Program-made: the position numbers and the translations under genes
DNA from: Escherichia phage vB_EcoM_SQ17
Sequence record: MW882907
Strand: one strand, 5' to 3'
DNA length: 64,000 nt
Notes under the pieces: model-generated
The model's database searches: none
What the model saw: the letters and a program-made list of their open reading frames with translations, nothing else
What the model was told of the DNA's origin: nothing
In this document: in pieces, positions 18,548 to 30,639 of the stretch
How positions within the stretch are numbered: position 1 is the stretch's first letter
Layout of the letters: each line of letters starts with the position of its first letter

Positions 18548-21500
18548 CAGTAAAAGCGCCAGCAGTCACGAGTCTCAGATTATCTAAATTGTCCGCAAAC
18601 CAAGTTCAAATTCGCTGGGATGAGGTTGGCGCTAATTTCTACTATTTTGTGGAAATAGCTGAGACCAAAACAGCTAATGGGGAAGCAATTCCCCGTAATA
18701 GCTATAGATGGACTAATTTAGGATATACCGCTGATAACAATTTCTTTGAGTCTGGTTTAAATTCATTAACAACATATATGATGCGTGTGGCTACAGCAGC
18801 GGAGGGATTTGAGCAGTCTGATTGGAGATACACCGAAGAGTTTGAAACATTTGAAATAAACGCTTATACATTCCAACATATGATTGAAATGCAATTAGCT
18901 AACGAGTTTATTTCTGAAAAATTTACAAAAAATAATACAAACTACGTTGATTTTAATAATGACACGATCATGGCAGCACTGATGAGCGAGTCGTTCCAAT
19001 TTAGTCCTGCATACACCGATGTGTCATCGATTAGAAATTTTATAATTGGCGAAAATCAGTATCATGAAATCCAGGGGCATATCCAAGATGTATGTAAAGA
19101 TATAAATCGAGTATATCTAATGGAATCTGAAGGAATTCTTTACCTTTTTGAAAGATTCCAACCTATTGTAAAAGTGTCTAATGATAAAGGCCAAACATGG
19201 AAAGCGGTTAAATTGCTTAATGACCGTGTAGGATATCCACTTTCACGAACTGTATATTACCAATCGGAATATACGACGTATTTGCTCGGCTATGATAAGA
19301 TTTTTTACGGGCGTAAATCATCCGATATTCGTTGGTCTGCTGATGATGTTCGTTTCAGTTCACAAGATGTAACATTTGCTAAAATCGGGGACCGATTAAA
19401 TTTAGGTTTTGATGTAGAGATTTTCGGTACATACGCGTCATTACCAGGAAACGTATCACGTATTGCAGAAGCTATTACTTGTAATGATGACTATGTTTAT
19501 ATTGCGGCCAGAGATAAAGTTCGCTTCGTTAAAACCAGTAACGCTCCTATTGATTCAGATCCATTATCTCCGACCTATTCCGAACGATTGTTTGAACCTG
19601 AGACGTTTACAATAACAGGCAACCCTAAAGCAGTTTGTTATAAAATGGATTCTGTTGGTGGAAGAATATTCGCTCTTATTATTGGTGAAGTCGAAAACGT
19701 TAATGATGACCCAAGAACAAAGCCTATTTTGGATTCCGTTGATAAAGGTGTATACGTTTTAGACCATGACGCTGGAACATTTAAAAGGATATTTGGTAAT
19801 ACCGAAGAAGAACGCCGTCGTATAGAACCGGCTTTCACCAATATGTCTACTGATGGTGCTGAGCTTTATATCTCTTCTAGTAATTTTAAATTTTTAGAAT
19901 CCGATATTGTTGACGACCCAGAAACGCAATCTAAGTATGAACTTTTAGGAGCAGTTAAGTATGAATATCCTAGAGAATGGCTCGCAGATAAACATTACCA
20001 TATGATGATTTTCGCATCAAACGAAGAAAGTAATTGGGAAACTTTTTCACCAACTCCTATGCAGTATTATGCAGAACCTTTCTTTAGTTATTCTAGAAAA
20101 TCAGGCACACGTTCTTGGATTAATAACTCTGATAGAGCGGTAGTGATTTATTCTGATTTGCTTTACACAAAGGTAGTGGAAAGCCACCCTAGCACTTCAC
20201 CTGATCGTAAAGTTCATGAATACTGGAATGATGGCGATTGTAAGATTGTTATGCCGAATATAGAATTCACTGGATTTAAAAAATACGCATCTGGTATGTT
20301 GTTTTATAAATCATCAGGTGAAATAATTTCATATTACGATTTTAGTTATCGTGTTAGAGATAACGTTTCTATAATTTGGAAGCCCACTAACGTATTTTTG
20401 ACCTCCTCATTACAAAACCAAGAAAAAGAAACTTCTTGGGTTCCTGTTGAAGAGACAGGTCTAGCAGACCCGGATTTACGCCCATTACTCACTACAATGA
20501 TGCCAGAGTCTTATCTGTTGGATAATACAAACTTTGAAGCATTTTGTGAAGCGTATATTCAATATCTTTCTGATGGATACGGGACTCATTATAATAACTT
20601 ATTGAATTTGATTAAAAATAAATACCCACGAGAAGAACATGCGTGGGAATATCTTTGGTCTGAAATTTATAATCGGAACATTTATTTGAATGCTGAGAAA
20701 CGTGATTTAGTTTCTAGGTTCTTTGAGTCCAGAAGTTACGATTTTTATTCTACTAAAGGAACTGAAGCGTCGTATAAGTTTTTGTTTAAAGTTCTTTATA
20801 ACGAAGACGTTGAAGTGGAAATTGAGTCATCTGCTGGAACAGAGTACGATATCATAATTCAATCTGATTCTATAAGTGAAGATTTGGTTGGACAAACTAT
20901 ATACACCGCTACAGGTAGATGTAATGTTACATATTTAGAAAGAAGCTATTCTAAAGGTAAATTACAATGGACTGTGACTATTCATAACCTTTTAGGTAGG
21001 CTTTTAGTCGGTCAAGAAGTAAAAGCCGAAAGACTAGCAGATTTTGAAGGTGAAATAGTTCGCGGTATTAAAGGTAAAGAACTTGCCCAAAACACTATTG
21101 ATTATTTTAATCGTGGTAGAGCTTATTACGTCATGAAAATAAAGTCAAATCTTCCATCCTCTCGTTGGAAATCTGACGTACTACGTTTTGTACATCCGGT
21201 AGGATTTGGATTTATTGCAATAACCTTATTAACAATGTTTATTAATACAGGATTAACGCTTAAACATGTTGAAACTATTATTAATAAATATAAAAATTAT
21301 AAGTGGGATTCCGGACTGCCTACGGAATATGCAGACCGCGTCGCTCGTTTAGACCCTCAAGGTAATGTAGAATTCAATCCTGTTACAGGTGAAGTAATTT
21401 ATGATGCCGGTCCTTATGCCGGTATCGAATACCCTTTACCTGCAAATTATAACGAAGAAAATGATAACTCTATTTTCCAAGGACAATTACCGTCCGAACG

Positions 21501-21642
21501 ACGCAAGCCAATGAGCCCATTATTTGATGCATCAGGTACAACGTTCTCTAGATTTAGAGAGCTTGTTAATGAAAGATTGTTAGATAACGTGGGAAATCCT
21601 AGAGACCCGATTAATCCACCACAGGTTAAATTAGATGAATGA
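18544..21642 (+). CDS. 7: baseplate wedge initiator gp7
   Basis: 1032 aa, same as T4 gp7. Confidence 0.9.
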   Translation: MTVKAPAVTSLRLSKLSANQVQIRWDEVGANFYYFVEIAETKTANGEAIPRNSYRWTNLGYTADNNFFESGLNSLTTYMMRVATAAEGFEQSDWRYTEEFETFEINAYTFQHMIEMQLANEFISEKFTKNNTNYVDFNNDTIMAALMSESFQFSPAYTDVSSIRNFIIGENQYHEIQGHIQDVCKDINRVYLMESEGILYLFERFQPIVKVSNDKGQTWKAVKLLNDRVGYPLSRTVYYQSEYTTYLLGYDKIFYGRKSSDIRWSADDVRFSSQDVTFAKIGDRLNLGFDVEIFGTYASLPGNVSRIAEAITCNDDYVYIAARDKVRFVKTSNAPIDSDPLSPTYSERLFEPETFTITGNPKAVCYKMDSVGGRIFALIIGEVENVNDDPRTKPILDSVDKGVYVLDHDAGTFKRIFGNTEEERRRIEPAFTNMSTDGAELYISSSNFKFLESDIVDDPETQSKYELLGAVKYEYPREWLADKHYHMMIFASNEESNWETFSPTPMQYYAEPFFSYSRKSGTRSWINNSDRAVVIYSDLLYTKVVESHPSTSPDRKVHEYWNDGDCKIVMPNIEFTGFKKYASGMLFYKSSGEIISYYDFSYRVRDNVSIIWKPTNVFLTSSLQNQEKETSWVPVEETGLADPDLRPLLTTMMPESYLLDNTNFEAFCEAYIQYLSDGYGTHYNNLLNLIKNKYPREEHAWEYLWSEIYNRNIYLNAEKRDLVSRFFESRSYDFYSTKGTEASYKFLFKVLYNEDVEVEIESSAGTEYDIIIQSDSISEDLVGQTIYTATGRCNVTYLERSYSKGKLQWTVTIHNLLGRLLVGQEVKAERLADFEGEIVRGIKGKELAQNTIDYFNRGRAYYVMKIKSNLPSSRWKSDVLRFVHPVGFGFIAITLLTMFINTGLTLKHVETIINKYKNYKWDSGLPTEYADRVARLDPQGNVEFNPVTGEVIYDAGPYAGIEYPLPANYNEENDNSIFQGQLPSERRKPMSPLFDASGTTFSRFRELVNERLLDNVGNPRDPINPPQVKLDE

Positions 21643-22639
21643 TTCAAGTGTTGTCTATCGTGCGATAGTTACTTCAAAATTTAGAACTGAAAAAATGTTG
21701 AATTTCTACAATTCAATAGGTGATGGTGATAATAAAAACACCATCTTTATAACGTTTGGTCGGTCTGAACCATGGGCTGCTAATGAAAATGAGGTGGGCT
21801 TCGCCCCACCTTATCCTACAGATTCTGTTCTTGGTGTTACTGATATGTGGACCCATATGATGGGCACCGTTAAAGTTTTACCTTCAATGTTAGATTCTGT
21901 TATTCCTAGACGTGATTGGGGAGATGTGCGATATCCAGACCCTTACACGTTTAGAATTAACGATATAGTCGCATGTAATACTGCTCCGTACAACGCGACA
22001 GAAGTTGGAGCTGGTTGGTTAATTTACCGTTGTTTAGATGTCCCTGACGTAGGGCTCTGTTCAATAGAATCTTTAGATAATAAAGATGAATGTCTTAAAT
22101 TAGGTGGTAAATGGACTCCGTCTGTTAGGTCTTTAACCCCTCCTGAAGGCCGTGGAGATGCTGAAGGGATTATCGAAGTTGGTGATGGATATATATGGGA
22201 GTATCTTTATGAGATTCCACCTGATGTGTCTATAAACCGATGTACTAATGAATATATAGTCGTTCCATGGCCGGAAGAAGTTAAAGAAGACCCTGCTCGT
22301 TGGGGATATGAAAACAATCTAACCTGGCAACAAGATGATTTTGGCCTTGTGTATAGAGTTAAAGCAAACATAATTCGTTTTAAAGCCTATTTAGACTCAG
22401 TTTATTTCCCTAATGCAGCACTGCCTGGTAATAAAGGATTTAGACAAATTTCTATTATCACAAACCCCTTGGAAGCTAAACTCCGTCCTAATGACCCTAA
22501 TATAAAGGCTGAAAAGGATTATTATGACCCCAGAGATTTACAGCGTCATTCTGGTGAAATGATTTATATGGAAAACCGTCCACCTATTATTATGGCAATG
22601 GATCAAACCGAAGAGATCAATATTTTGTTTATGTTCTAA
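21635..22639 (+). CDS. 8: baseplate wedge protein gp8
   Basis: 334 aa, synteny. Confidence 0.9.
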   Translation: MNDSSVVYRAIVTSKFRTEKMLNFYNSIGDGDNKNTIFITFGRSEPWAANENEVGFAPPYPTDSVLGVTDMWTHMMGTVKVLPSMLDSVIPRRDWGDVRYPDPYTFRINDIVACNTAPYNATEVGAGWLIYRCLDVPDVGLCSIESLDNKDECLKLGGKWTPSVRSLTPPEGRGDAEGIIEVGDGYIWEYLYEIPPDVSINRCTNEYIVVPWPEEVKEDPARWGYENNLTWQQDDFGLVYRVKANIIRFKAYLDSVYFPNAALPGNKGFRQISIITNPLEAKLRPNDPNIKAEKDYYDPRDLQRHSGEMIYMENRPPIIMAMDQTEEINILFMF

Positions 22640-22643
22640 TTTA

Positions 22644-22661
22644 GGGAGACTTCGGTCTCCC
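22644..22661 (+). terminator. hairpin GGGAGAC-TTCG-GTCTCCC followed by T-rich tract
   Basis: perfect 7-bp stem with UUCG loop after gene 8. Confidence 0.6.
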
Positions 22662-22668
22662 TTTCGTG

Positions 22669-22676
22669 TATAAATA
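22669..22676 (+). promoter_or_regulatory. late promoter TATAAATA (gene 9)
   Basis: exact TATAAATA ~25 nt upstream of gp9 start. Confidence 0.65.
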
Positions 22677-22701
22677 GTATAAACTATTAAGGATTAGCCA
22701 C

Positions 22702-23565
22702 ATGTATATTCAAACTCCAAAACAATTGATTGACGTTGGCGAAATTGGTAACGCTTCTACAGGCGATATCCTTTTTGACGGCGGTGTTAAAATAAACAAT
22801 GATATAAATGCTATTTACAATGCGTTTGGTGACCAACGAAAAATGGCAACTGCTAATGGGACAGGACCAAATGGACAAATAATCCATGCCACTGGATACT
22901 ACCAAAAAGGAGGCCCTACTGATTATTTCACCCCTGTTCCAGTAGGAAGTAGACATGACATAGATGCTTCTACCGGTGGTGTTATTGTTACTGTTGCTAG
23001 AGGTGAACTCGGCGATTCCGTGGAATTTATAAATTCAAACGGGTCAATTTCTGTAAACAACCCATTAAGTATCCAAGCATTAGATTCTATTAAAGGTGTT
23101 GCAGGTAATTTAGTTATAACTACACCTTATACTAAAGTTACTCTTCGTTGTATTTCTTCTGGTGCAGGCGGTTCAATATGGGATTATTCTACAGAAAGTA
23201 TGTTTAGTCATACCGAAATTCCTGTAGACGGGACATGGAATATTATTTCAGACTATGTCAATATTCCTCTATTTTATAAAACTGAATATAATGCTGCTAA
23301 ACTTTTGGTTACATGCCAATCTGCCAACGGCCGAAAAATTAAATCATGCGAAATAAATATTCTAATAGATACAATTAATTCAAGAGTTATTTCAACTGAA
23401 TACGCAGTGATGCGCGTTGGTAATGATAACGAAGAAGATGAAATTGCGAATATTAGTTTTTCGATAATTAACAATTTTGCCACTATGACAGTTTCTTCAC
23501 ATATAAATGGTCTTCGAGTGGCAGCTAAAGTTATTTCAACTCAGAAAATTAGGGTCGCTCAATAA
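22702..23565 (+). CDS. 9: baseplate wedge/long tail fiber socket gp9
   Basis: 287 aa, MYIQTPKQLIDVGEIGNASTGDILFDGG..., synteny. Confidence 0.9.
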   Translation: MYIQTPKQLIDVGEIGNASTGDILFDGGVKINNDINAIYNAFGDQRKMATANGTGPNGQIIHATGYYQKGGPTDYFTPVPVGSRHDIDASTGGVIVTVARGELGDSVEFINSNGSISVNNPLSIQALDSIKGVAGNLVITTPYTKVTLRCISSGAGGSIWDYSTESMFSHTEIPVDGTWNIISDYVNIPLFYKTEYNAAKLLVTCQSANGRKIKSCEINILIDTINSRVISTEYAVMRVGNDNEEDEIANISFSIINNFATMTVSSHINGLRVAAKVISTQKIRVAQ

Positions 23566-25379
23566 TGAAACAAAATATTAAAATTGGGAACGTCGTTGAT
23601 GACGGACAAGGCGATTACCTTCGTCGTGGTGGTGCAAAAATTAATGAAAACTTTGATGAGTTGTATTATGAATTAGGCGATGGCGAAGTTCCGTATTCCG
23701 CTGGTGCCTGGAAAACATACCATTCTTCAGATGGACTTAATTTAGCCGCTGAATGGGGTAAATCATACGCAATTGATACTTCAACAGGGCGTGTTTCTAT
23801 AAATTTACCTAAAGGAACAGTGGAAGATTATAATAAAGTAATTAGAGCCCGTGATGTATTCGCCACATGGAATATTAACCCTGTAACATTAATTGCCGCC
23901 AGTGGTGATACTATTAAAGGTTCTTCTAGCCCAGTAGAAATCAATGTGCAGTTTTCAGACTTAGAATTAGTTTACTGTTCTCCTGGGCGCTGGGAATACG
24001 TTAAAAATAAACAAATAGACAAAATTACTAGTTCTGATATTAGTAGTGTAGCTCGTAAAGAATTTTTAGTCGAAGTTCAAGGTCAAACTGATTTTCTTGA
24101 TGTATTTGGGTCTGTTTCTTATAATGTGAATAATATCCGTGTAAAACATCGTGGTAACGAATTATACTATGGTGATGAGTTCAGTGACAATAGTGACTTT
24201 GGTTCTCCAGGAGCTAATCCTGGAGAAATCGTTGCATTAGACGGTAAAAACATCCGTTTAAGACAACCATGTAATATTGGCGACACCGTACAAATTGAAA
24301 CCTTTTTGGATGGGATTACACAATTACGCAGTTCTTATTCTCGCCGCCAAATACGTATTTTAGATTCGAAATTAACAACCCGTCCTTCCTTAGAAGGAAG
24401 TGTATATGTCGCTGATTTGTCAACTTTGAAATCTATTCCTTTTTCGGCATTTGGAGTTAATCCTTCAGAACCGGTCAATACTAATTCTTTAGAAGTTCGT
24501 TTTAATGGTATTCTTCAAGAATTAGCTGGTACTGTTGGTTTACCTATGTTCAGATGTGAAGGTGCTGATGCGGAAACTTCTACCGAGTGTTCAGCTTTAG
24601 GTGGGACTTGGGTTACATCTAACACCGATTATTCTATTGAATATGATGATAACGATGCAACTATTGCACGTGCTTTAGTCTTTGACCGTAAGTTTGAAGA
24701 CCAAGACATTATTGATATTACATGGTTTAATAACGATTTAGGCACTTTATTAAGTATCGATGACATTTTAGATACAACTGATGAAAAGTATGTCGCACAA
24801 GGTGCAACCGTAAATGTGACCGGCGATGTGGCTTTGACCGATTTCAATAATATCGGATGGCCTAATGTAGAATCTGTTCCGGCATATAGCAGGGAATTCT
24901 CATCTATTGCAAATATTTTTAACACTATTTACCCTGTCGGTACTATTTACGAAAATGCAGTGAACCCTAATAACCCAGCCACGTATTTAGGATTTGGTTC
25001 TTGGAAATTATGGGGACAAGGAAAAGTATTAGTTGGATGGAACGACGATATTAGCGATCCTAATTTTGCATTAAATAATAACGACCTTGATTCTAGCGGG
25101 AATCCTACACATACCGCCGGTGGAACAGTCGGAACAACGTCTAACACACTAACTAATTCTGATTTACCTCCTACTCAAACTGACGAGAAAGTTCTTATTT
25201 CCGATGAGAACGGTACAATTATTATTGGTGGCTGTCAATACGACCCTGATGCAGAAGGTCCTATATACACCAAATACCGTGAAGGCCACGCCACAACGAA
25301 TAGTACACACATACCGCCTCAAGCCGTAAATAATATTCAACCGTCAATTACCGTATACCGTTGGGTAAGGATTGCATAA
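23565..25379 (+). CDS. 10: baseplate wedge/short fiber attachment gp10
   Basis: 604 aa, synteny. Confidence 0.9.
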   Translation: MKQNIKIGNVVDDGQGDYLRRGGAKINENFDELYYELGDGEVPYSAGAWKTYHSSDGLNLAAEWGKSYAIDTSTGRVSINLPKGTVEDYNKVIRARDVFATWNINPVTLIAASGDTIKGSSSPVEINVQFSDLELVYCSPGRWEYVKNKQIDKITSSDISSVARKEFLVEVQGQTDFLDVFGSVSYNVNNIRVKHRGNELYYGDEFSDNSDFGSPGANPGEIVALDGKNIRLRQPCNIGDTVQIETFLDGITQLRSSYSRRQIRILDSKLTTRPSLEGSVYVADLSTLKSIPFSAFGVNPSEPVNTNSLEVRFNGILQELAGTVGLPMFRCEGADAETSTECSALGGTWVTSNTDYSIEYDDNDATIARALVFDRKFEDQDIIDITWFNNDLGTLLSIDDILDTTDEKYVAQGATVNVTGDVALTDFNNIGWPNVESVPAYSREFSSIANIFNTIYPVGTIYENAVNPNNPATYLGFGSWKLWGQGKVLVGWNDDISDPNFALNNNDLDSSGNPTHTAGGTVGTTSNTLTNSDLPPTQTDEKVLISDENGTIIIGGCQYDPDAEGPIYTKYREGHATTNSTHIPPQAVNNIQPSITVYRWVRIA

Positions 25380-26038
25380 TGACCATACTTAATACTAAAG
25401 CGGGAGTAATATCCCGCGAAGCAGATTTTTTAGGATTTAGAAAAAATCCTACTCAAATTGATATTTTAAACAACCAAGGCGTAGGTTCTGTAACCATTTC
25501 TCAATTGGCAAAAGGATTCTACGATGATAACGTAGAATCTGCAATAAACGATGTTCATAATATTGCTAGAGCAGATGTAGGAACAGTTACAATTAACACC
25601 TCAGGTGTATCTCCTGAAGGAACTTCACAGGTAGATTATTGGTCCTTTAGTGGAAGTGTAGCCGACCCTAGTTTGCCCGATGGAAGCCCTGTTATTGTAA
25701 AAGTTTACGGGCTTCCTGTTAATGCTACTGTAGGTATGACAGCCGACGAATTTGTTGTACAATTACGTACTACTCTCCGGAATGCGATTTCCGACCAATT
25801 GGCTATTGCAGAGTATAAAGATGACCCTACTGTTGGGACTAAATTACAAATAACATATTTAGATAACCAAAGACACGTACTCCCCACGTATTCCGCTTAT
25901 GGTATCACGGTTTCTCAAGAAATAGTGTCCCAGGCTAAGTCCGGGTACGGCACTTGGAATTTACTAGGTGCGCAAACCCTTACTCTTGACAACCATAATT
26001 CACCTACAACCTTTTATTATTTTGTGAGAACCGCATGA
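25379..26038 (+). CDS. 11: baseplate wedge protein gp11
   Basis: Internal Met start (TAATG overlap with gene 10) gives 219 aa as T4 gp11. Confidence 0.9.
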   Translation: MTILNTKAGVISREADFLGFRKNPTQIDILNNQGVGSVTISQLAKGFYDDNVESAINDVHNIARADVGTVTINTSGVSPEGTSQVDYWSFSGSVADPSLPDGSPVIVKVYGLPVNATVGMTADEFVVQLRTTLRNAISDQLAIAEYKDDPTVGTKLQITYLDNQRHVLPTYSAYGITVSQEIVSQAKSGYGTWNLLGAQTLTLDNHNSPTTFYYFVRTA

Positions 26039-27591
26039 GTAACAATACATATCAACACGTTTCGAACGAATCTGTATATGTTGAATTTGACCCTACCGGG
26101 TCAAATTTTGATAGTTCAATAACCAATGTCCAGGCAGCCTTAGCCTCAATTAGCGCATATGGTGTTAAAGGTGTTCCGGAAGCAAGCGAAGCAGAAAAAG
26201 GTGTAATTCAATTAGCGTCAGAACAAGAAGTTCTTGATGGATTTAATAGTACTAAAGCCGTTACACCAGCAACATTAAATGCAAGACTTCAGTATCCGAA
26301 CGCGTCAGAAACACAGTACGGCGTAACTAAATATGCAACACAAGAGGAGGCCATTGCTGGCACTTTAGACACTGTTTCTATTACTCCGCTTAAATTAAAC
26401 CAAACTATTGATAACACTTTCTCTACTCGGTATTCAACAGAAACAACTAACGGTGTTATTAAAATTGCAACTCAAACCGCGGCACTTGCTGGATCTGATG
26501 ACACCACAGCAATGACTCCGCTTAAAACGCAACAATTAGCAATAAAATTAATTTCTCAAATAGCTCCTAATAACGACCCGGCTTCAGAATCTATTACCGG
26601 TGTTGTGCGTTTAGCTACGGTGGCTCAAACACGTCAAGGAACTCTTCGCGAAGGATATGCAATTTCCCCGTATACCTTTATGAATTCTGTTGCAACACAA
26701 GAATATAAAGGTGTTATACGTCTAGGAACACAAGCGGAAATTAATAGCAATTTGGGAGATGTTGCTGTAACAGGTGAAACGCTAAATGGTAGAGGAGCTA
26801 CCGGTTCTATGCGTGGAGTCGTAAAATTAACGACGCAGGCTGGTATTGCCCCTGAAGGCGATAGCTCTGGAGCATTAGCATGGAACGCAGATGTAATTAA
26901 TACACGCGGTGGGCAAACTATTAATGGTTCTTTAAATTTAGATCACCTCACAGCAAATGGAATTTGGTCGCGTGGCGGAATGTGGAAAAACGGTGACCAG
27001 CCAGTTGCAACAGAGAGATATGCATCTGAACGTGTTCCTGTTGGAACAATTCAAATGTTCGCAGGTGATAGCGCTCCTCCAGGTTGGGTTTTATGTCATG
27101 GTGGGACCATTTCTGGAGACCAATTTCCGGACTATCGAAATGTGGTCGGAACAAGATTTGGCGGTGATTGGAATAATCCTGGTATTCCTGATATGCGAGG
27201 TCTTTTTGTTAGAGGAGCTGGCACAGGCAGTCATATTTTAAATCAACGCGGACAAGATGGTTATGGGAAGGATAGACTTGGTGTAGGATGTGACGGAATG
27301 CATGTTGGCGGTGTTCAGGCACAACAAATGTCATACCATAAACATGCTGGTGCCTGGGGGGAAAATGGAAATAGCAGAGGTTATGCACCGTTTGGAGCAT
27401 CTAATGGCAATGGATATTTAGGCAATGGTAAAAGCGCCGACTGGGACAACCATTTGTTCTTTACTAACGACGGATTTGAAATGGGTGGTGCTCGTGACTC
27501 GTTTGGCACGTTAAACCGTGAAGGATTAATTGGTTATGAAACTAGACCATGGAATATATCATTAAATTATATTATTAAAGTCCATTACTAA
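26035..27591 (+). CDS. 12: short tail fiber gp12
   Basis: 518 aa with repeated ...TKAVTP.T/TPLKL motifs, synteny. Confidence 0.9.
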   Translation: MSNNTYQHVSNESVYVEFDPTGSNFDSSITNVQAALASISAYGVKGVPEASEAEKGVIQLASEQEVLDGFNSTKAVTPATLNARLQYPNASETQYGVTKYATQEEAIAGTLDTVSITPLKLNQTIDNTFSTRYSTETTNGVIKIATQTAALAGSDDTTAMTPLKTQQLAIKLISQIAPNNDPASESITGVVRLATVAQTRQGTLREGYAISPYTFMNSVATQEYKGVIRLGTQAEINSNLGDVAVTGETLNGRGATGSMRGVVKLTTQAGIAPEGDSSGALAWNADVINTRGGQTINGSLNLDHLTANGIWSRGGMWKNGDQPVATERYASERVPVGTIQMFAGDSAPPGWVLCHGGTISGDQFPDYRNVVGTRFGGDWNNPGIPDMRGLFVRGAGTGSHILNQRGQDGYGKDRLGVGCDGMHVGGVQAQQMSYHKHAGAWGENGNSRGYAPFGASNGNGYLGNGKSADWDNHLFFTNDGFEMGGARDSFGTLNREGLIGYETRPWNISLNYIIKVHY

Positions 27592-27600
27592 GGGTAAAAA

Positions 27601-29043
27601 ATGATCGAATTAAAAAGTCTACCATATGTTGATGGCCCTCCTGATGAGGGTCAAAAACGTTTAAACTGGATTAAAAATTCAGAAGAAATAACTGGCGCTG
27701 ATACGTTATACGGTTCTGAAGGAGTAATGAACCGTCCAATAACAGAAGTTCAACGAAATGTAGAAACAATTAACGATAACGTTAAGACTATCGCAGAATC
27801 TTTAGATACCGCTAATGCTGATATTGTCACAATTAAAAGTATCTTGGATGTTTCTGGTGACGTAGATGCTTTAGCACAAATTGGACATAACACCGATGAT
27901 ATTGAAGTATTAAAACACACCGTAAATTCACACGGTGTTGATATTTTAAACACTGAAGAAAAACTAGATGATACTATTGCTAATATCGGAGTAGTTAATC
28001 CAGAAACAGATTCGGTGTATCGTACGGTGCGTAACGACCTTCTTTGGATTAAAACCGAATTAGGGCAATATACTGGACAAGATATTAATGGTGTCCCTAC
28101 CGAAGGTAATGAAAGCACCGGGATGAAACGACGTATTATTACTAACAGTTCAGTGTTGGTTGACCAAGGCGTTCGTTTAACCGAGTTAGAAAATAAATTT
28201 GCCGATTCTGATGTTGGGGCTCTGACAACCGAAGTTGAAAACCTCCGTCAAGAAATAGGTCCTAGACCATCGTTAACAGTACCGGTTTACACTCTTTTAT
28301 CTGGTATTGATTCATCCATTTCTATCCAAACCAGAGATATTGCGGCATTAAAAGATTTTGTTGGATATCCTAATTCAACCGCTATTAAAACTCAAGTCGA
28401 GGCCAATCGTCTTTCTATATCAACAATAAATTCAGACATTAACTCGCCTGGTGGTATTAAACCACGTTTGACAACGTTAGAAACTACTATAGGCTCTCCG
28501 GATTTACCGACTACTCTTCAGGGTAAGATCAAATTAAATACCGATTCTATTTCAGGTATTAACACAGTTTTAGGTGTTGATTCTTCTAGCGGTTTACGTT
28601 TTAACGTAGCATGGCTTAATCAGGTGGTTGGCGTCGATTCAAATGGTGGACAACCTGAACCGGCTGGTTCACTTTTATATAGGACTCGTATTCTTGAAAC
28701 TGATGTTACTGACCTAGGCAATAACATTCAAAACGTTCAAACCGAATTGGGAACTAATTCGTCCGGTATTAAAGGACAAGTGACTAGTTTAAATAAACTT
28801 ATAAGCGGAACCAACCCAAACGGTCAAACCGTAGAAGAACGTGGTATATTGCCAACAGTTAAAAACCATGATACGACAATTAATGGTTTAACTTCTATAA
28901 TTGCTACTCTTGAAACTGATTTGGCCGCTGCAGAAGCAGAAATTCAGGCCCTTAAAGAGGCTGGATATATCGAAGATGCTCCTTCAGACGGTAAATTCTA
29001 TGTTCGTAAAGACGGTGCATGGGTTGAACTTCCTACAGCTTAA
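27601..29043 (+). CDS. wac: fibritin (whisker)
   Basis: 480 aa, segmented coiled coil, C-terminal foldon-like GYIEDAPSDGKFYVRKDGAWVELP. Confidence 0.9.
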   Translation: MIELKSLPYVDGPPDEGQKRLNWIKNSEEITGADTLYGSEGVMNRPITEVQRNVETINDNVKTIAESLDTANADIVTIKSILDVSGDVDALAQIGHNTDDIEVLKHTVNSHGVDILNTEEKLDDTIANIGVVNPETDSVYRTVRNDLLWIKTELGQYTGQDINGVPTEGNESTGMKRRIITNSSVLVDQGVRLTELENKFADSDVGALTTEVENLRQEIGPRPSLTVPVYTLLSGIDSSISIQTRDIAALKDFVGYPNSTAIKTQVEANRLSISTINSDINSPGGIKPRLTTLETTIGSPDLPTTLQGKIKLNTDSISGINTVLGVDSSSGLRFNVAWLNQVVGVDSNGGQPEPAGSLLYRTRILETDVTDLGNNIQNVQTELGTNSSGIKGQVTSLNKLISGTNPNGQTVEERGILPTVKNHDTTINGLTSIIATLETDLAAAEAEIQALKEAGYIEDAPSDGKFYVRKDGAWVELPTA

Positions 29044-29049
29044 TGAAAA

Positions 29050-29063
29050 GGGCCTTCGGGCCC
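29050..29063 (+). terminator. hairpin GGGCC-TTCG-GGCCC
   Basis: GC stem/UUCG loop immediately after wac stop. Confidence 0.5.
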
Positions 29064-29075
29064 TAAAGGATTTAT

Positions 29076-30002
29076 ATGTCAGGTTATAATGCACAAAACC
29101 CTAAAGAATTAAAGGACGTAATATTACGTCGTTTAGGCGCTCCTATTGTAAATGTTGAATTAACTACAGATCAAATTTATGATTGTATTTCACGAGCGTT
29201 AGAACTTTATGGCGAATACCATTTTGACGGGTTGAATAAAGGTTTCCATGTATTTTTTGTTGATGATGAAGAAAAATACCGTCACGGCGTATTTGATATG
29301 CGCGGTTCTAACGTATTTGCCGTAACAAGAATTATAAGAACAAACGTTGGCTCTATTACTTCAATGGACGGTAATGCAACTTATCCTTGGTTCACTGATT
29401 TCCTTTTAGGAATGGCAGGTGTTTCTGGTGGCATGGGTAGTAATTGTGGTAAATTCTACGGACCGAACGCTTTTGGCGCTGACCTTGGGTATTATTCTCA
29501 ATTAGTATCTTATATGGGTATGCTTCAAGATATGATTGCTCCTCTTCCAGATTTTTGGTTTAACTCTGCAAACGAGCAATTAAAAGTAATGGGTAACTTT
29601 AGACAGAAAGACGTCATTATCGTTGAATCGTATGTTCGCTCTTATATCGAGACCCATAAGATGGTAGGAAATACAGTAGGGTACGGCCAGGTCGGTCCTC
29701 GTGATTCATGGTCTATTTCTGAGCGGTATGACAACCCGGACCATAATTTGGTCGGACGTCGAGTTGGTGAAGATCCTGCAACTAAACAAGGCGCATATAA
29801 CAACCGCTGGGTTAAAGATTATGCAACTGCATTAGCTAAAGAGCTTAATGGGCAAATTCTTGCTAAACATCAAGGTATGATGTTACCAGGTGGCGTCACT
29901 GTTGATGGCGTTCGATTAATTGAGGAAGCTCGTTTAGAGAAAGAAGCTTTACGAGAAGAGTTATATTTACTGGACCCTCCTGCTGGTATTTTGGTAGGTT
30001 AA
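29076..30002 (+). CDS. 13: neck protein gp13
   Basis: 308 aa, synteny. Confidence 0.9.
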   Translation: MSGYNAQNPKELKDVILRRLGAPIVNVELTTDQIYDCISRALELYGEYHFDGLNKGFHVFFVDDEEKYRHGVFDMRGSNVFAVTRIIRTNVGSITSMDGNATYPWFTDFLLGMAGVSGGMGSNCGKFYGPNAFGADLGYYSQLVSYMGMLQDMIAPLPDFWFNSANEQLKVMGNFRQKDVIIVESYVRSYIETHKMVGNTVGYGQVGPRDSWSISERYDNPDHNLVGRRVGEDPATKQGAYNNRWVKDYATALAKELNGQILAKHQGMMLPGGVTVDGVRLIEEARLEKEALREELYLLDPPAGILVG

Positions 30003-30003
30003 T

Positions 30004-30639
30004 ATGGCAACATACTACAGATTGTATATTACAACATTTGAAACATCCACCGGTATAAAGATTTATGGTGGTAAACACAAATCAGTTTACGAAGACCCTT
30101 CAAAAGACCCTTATACCGGGTCTGGTACCTTTATACGAAGGGCCAAAAGAAAATACGGTCCGTCTTGTATAAAAGAAATTATATGGTCTAAGCCATTTGA
30201 ATCTAAAGCTCTAATGGATGAAGCTGAAGAGTTACTGGTAGATGAATTATCCATTTTAGAAAATTGCGCAAATCTTGTTAAAGGTGGTGCAGGCGGAAGG
30301 TCGTATATTAACCCAGAAGATAATCCATCTATAGGACAAAAACGTTCAGCCCAATCTAAAAAGAAAATGTCTGACGCCGCAAAATCAAGAAAATGGACTG
30401 AAGAAGGGTTAAGAAAACGTAAAGAATCTACAGCAAGAATGTGGAAAGATTTCAAACATAGACATCCTGATTTTTCTGGTTCAAAAAATCCAGCAGCTCG
30501 AAAAGTTAGTGTAAATGGTAAAATATTTAACACCTGCAAAGAATGTGGTGAAGAATTTAATATCACATCAAGCGCGGTTATAGGCCGATGCAAAAACAAC
30601 AAACCTAAATGGGCAGGATGGAATTATGTCGACGTATAA
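30004..30639 (+). CDS. free-standing homing endonuclease, GIY-YIG/seg-like with I-TevI-type C-terminal DNA-binding domain
   Basis: N-term YRLY...GIKIYGG resembles GIY...YIG; C-terminal [36 protein letters not shown] parallels I-TevI VIFDCAADAARHFKISSGLVTYRVKSDKWNWFY; inserted between genes 13 and 14. Confidence 0.6.
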   Translation: MATYYRLYITTFETSTGIKIYGGKHKSVYEDPSKDPYTGSGTFIRRAKRKYGPSCIKEIIWSKPFESKALMDEAEELLVDELSILENCANLVKGGAGGRSYINPEDNPSIGQKRSAQSKKKMSDAAKSRKWTEEGLRKRKESTARMWKDFKHRHPDFSGSKNPAARKVSVNGKIFNTCKECGEEFNITSSAVIGRCKNNKPKWAGWNYVDV

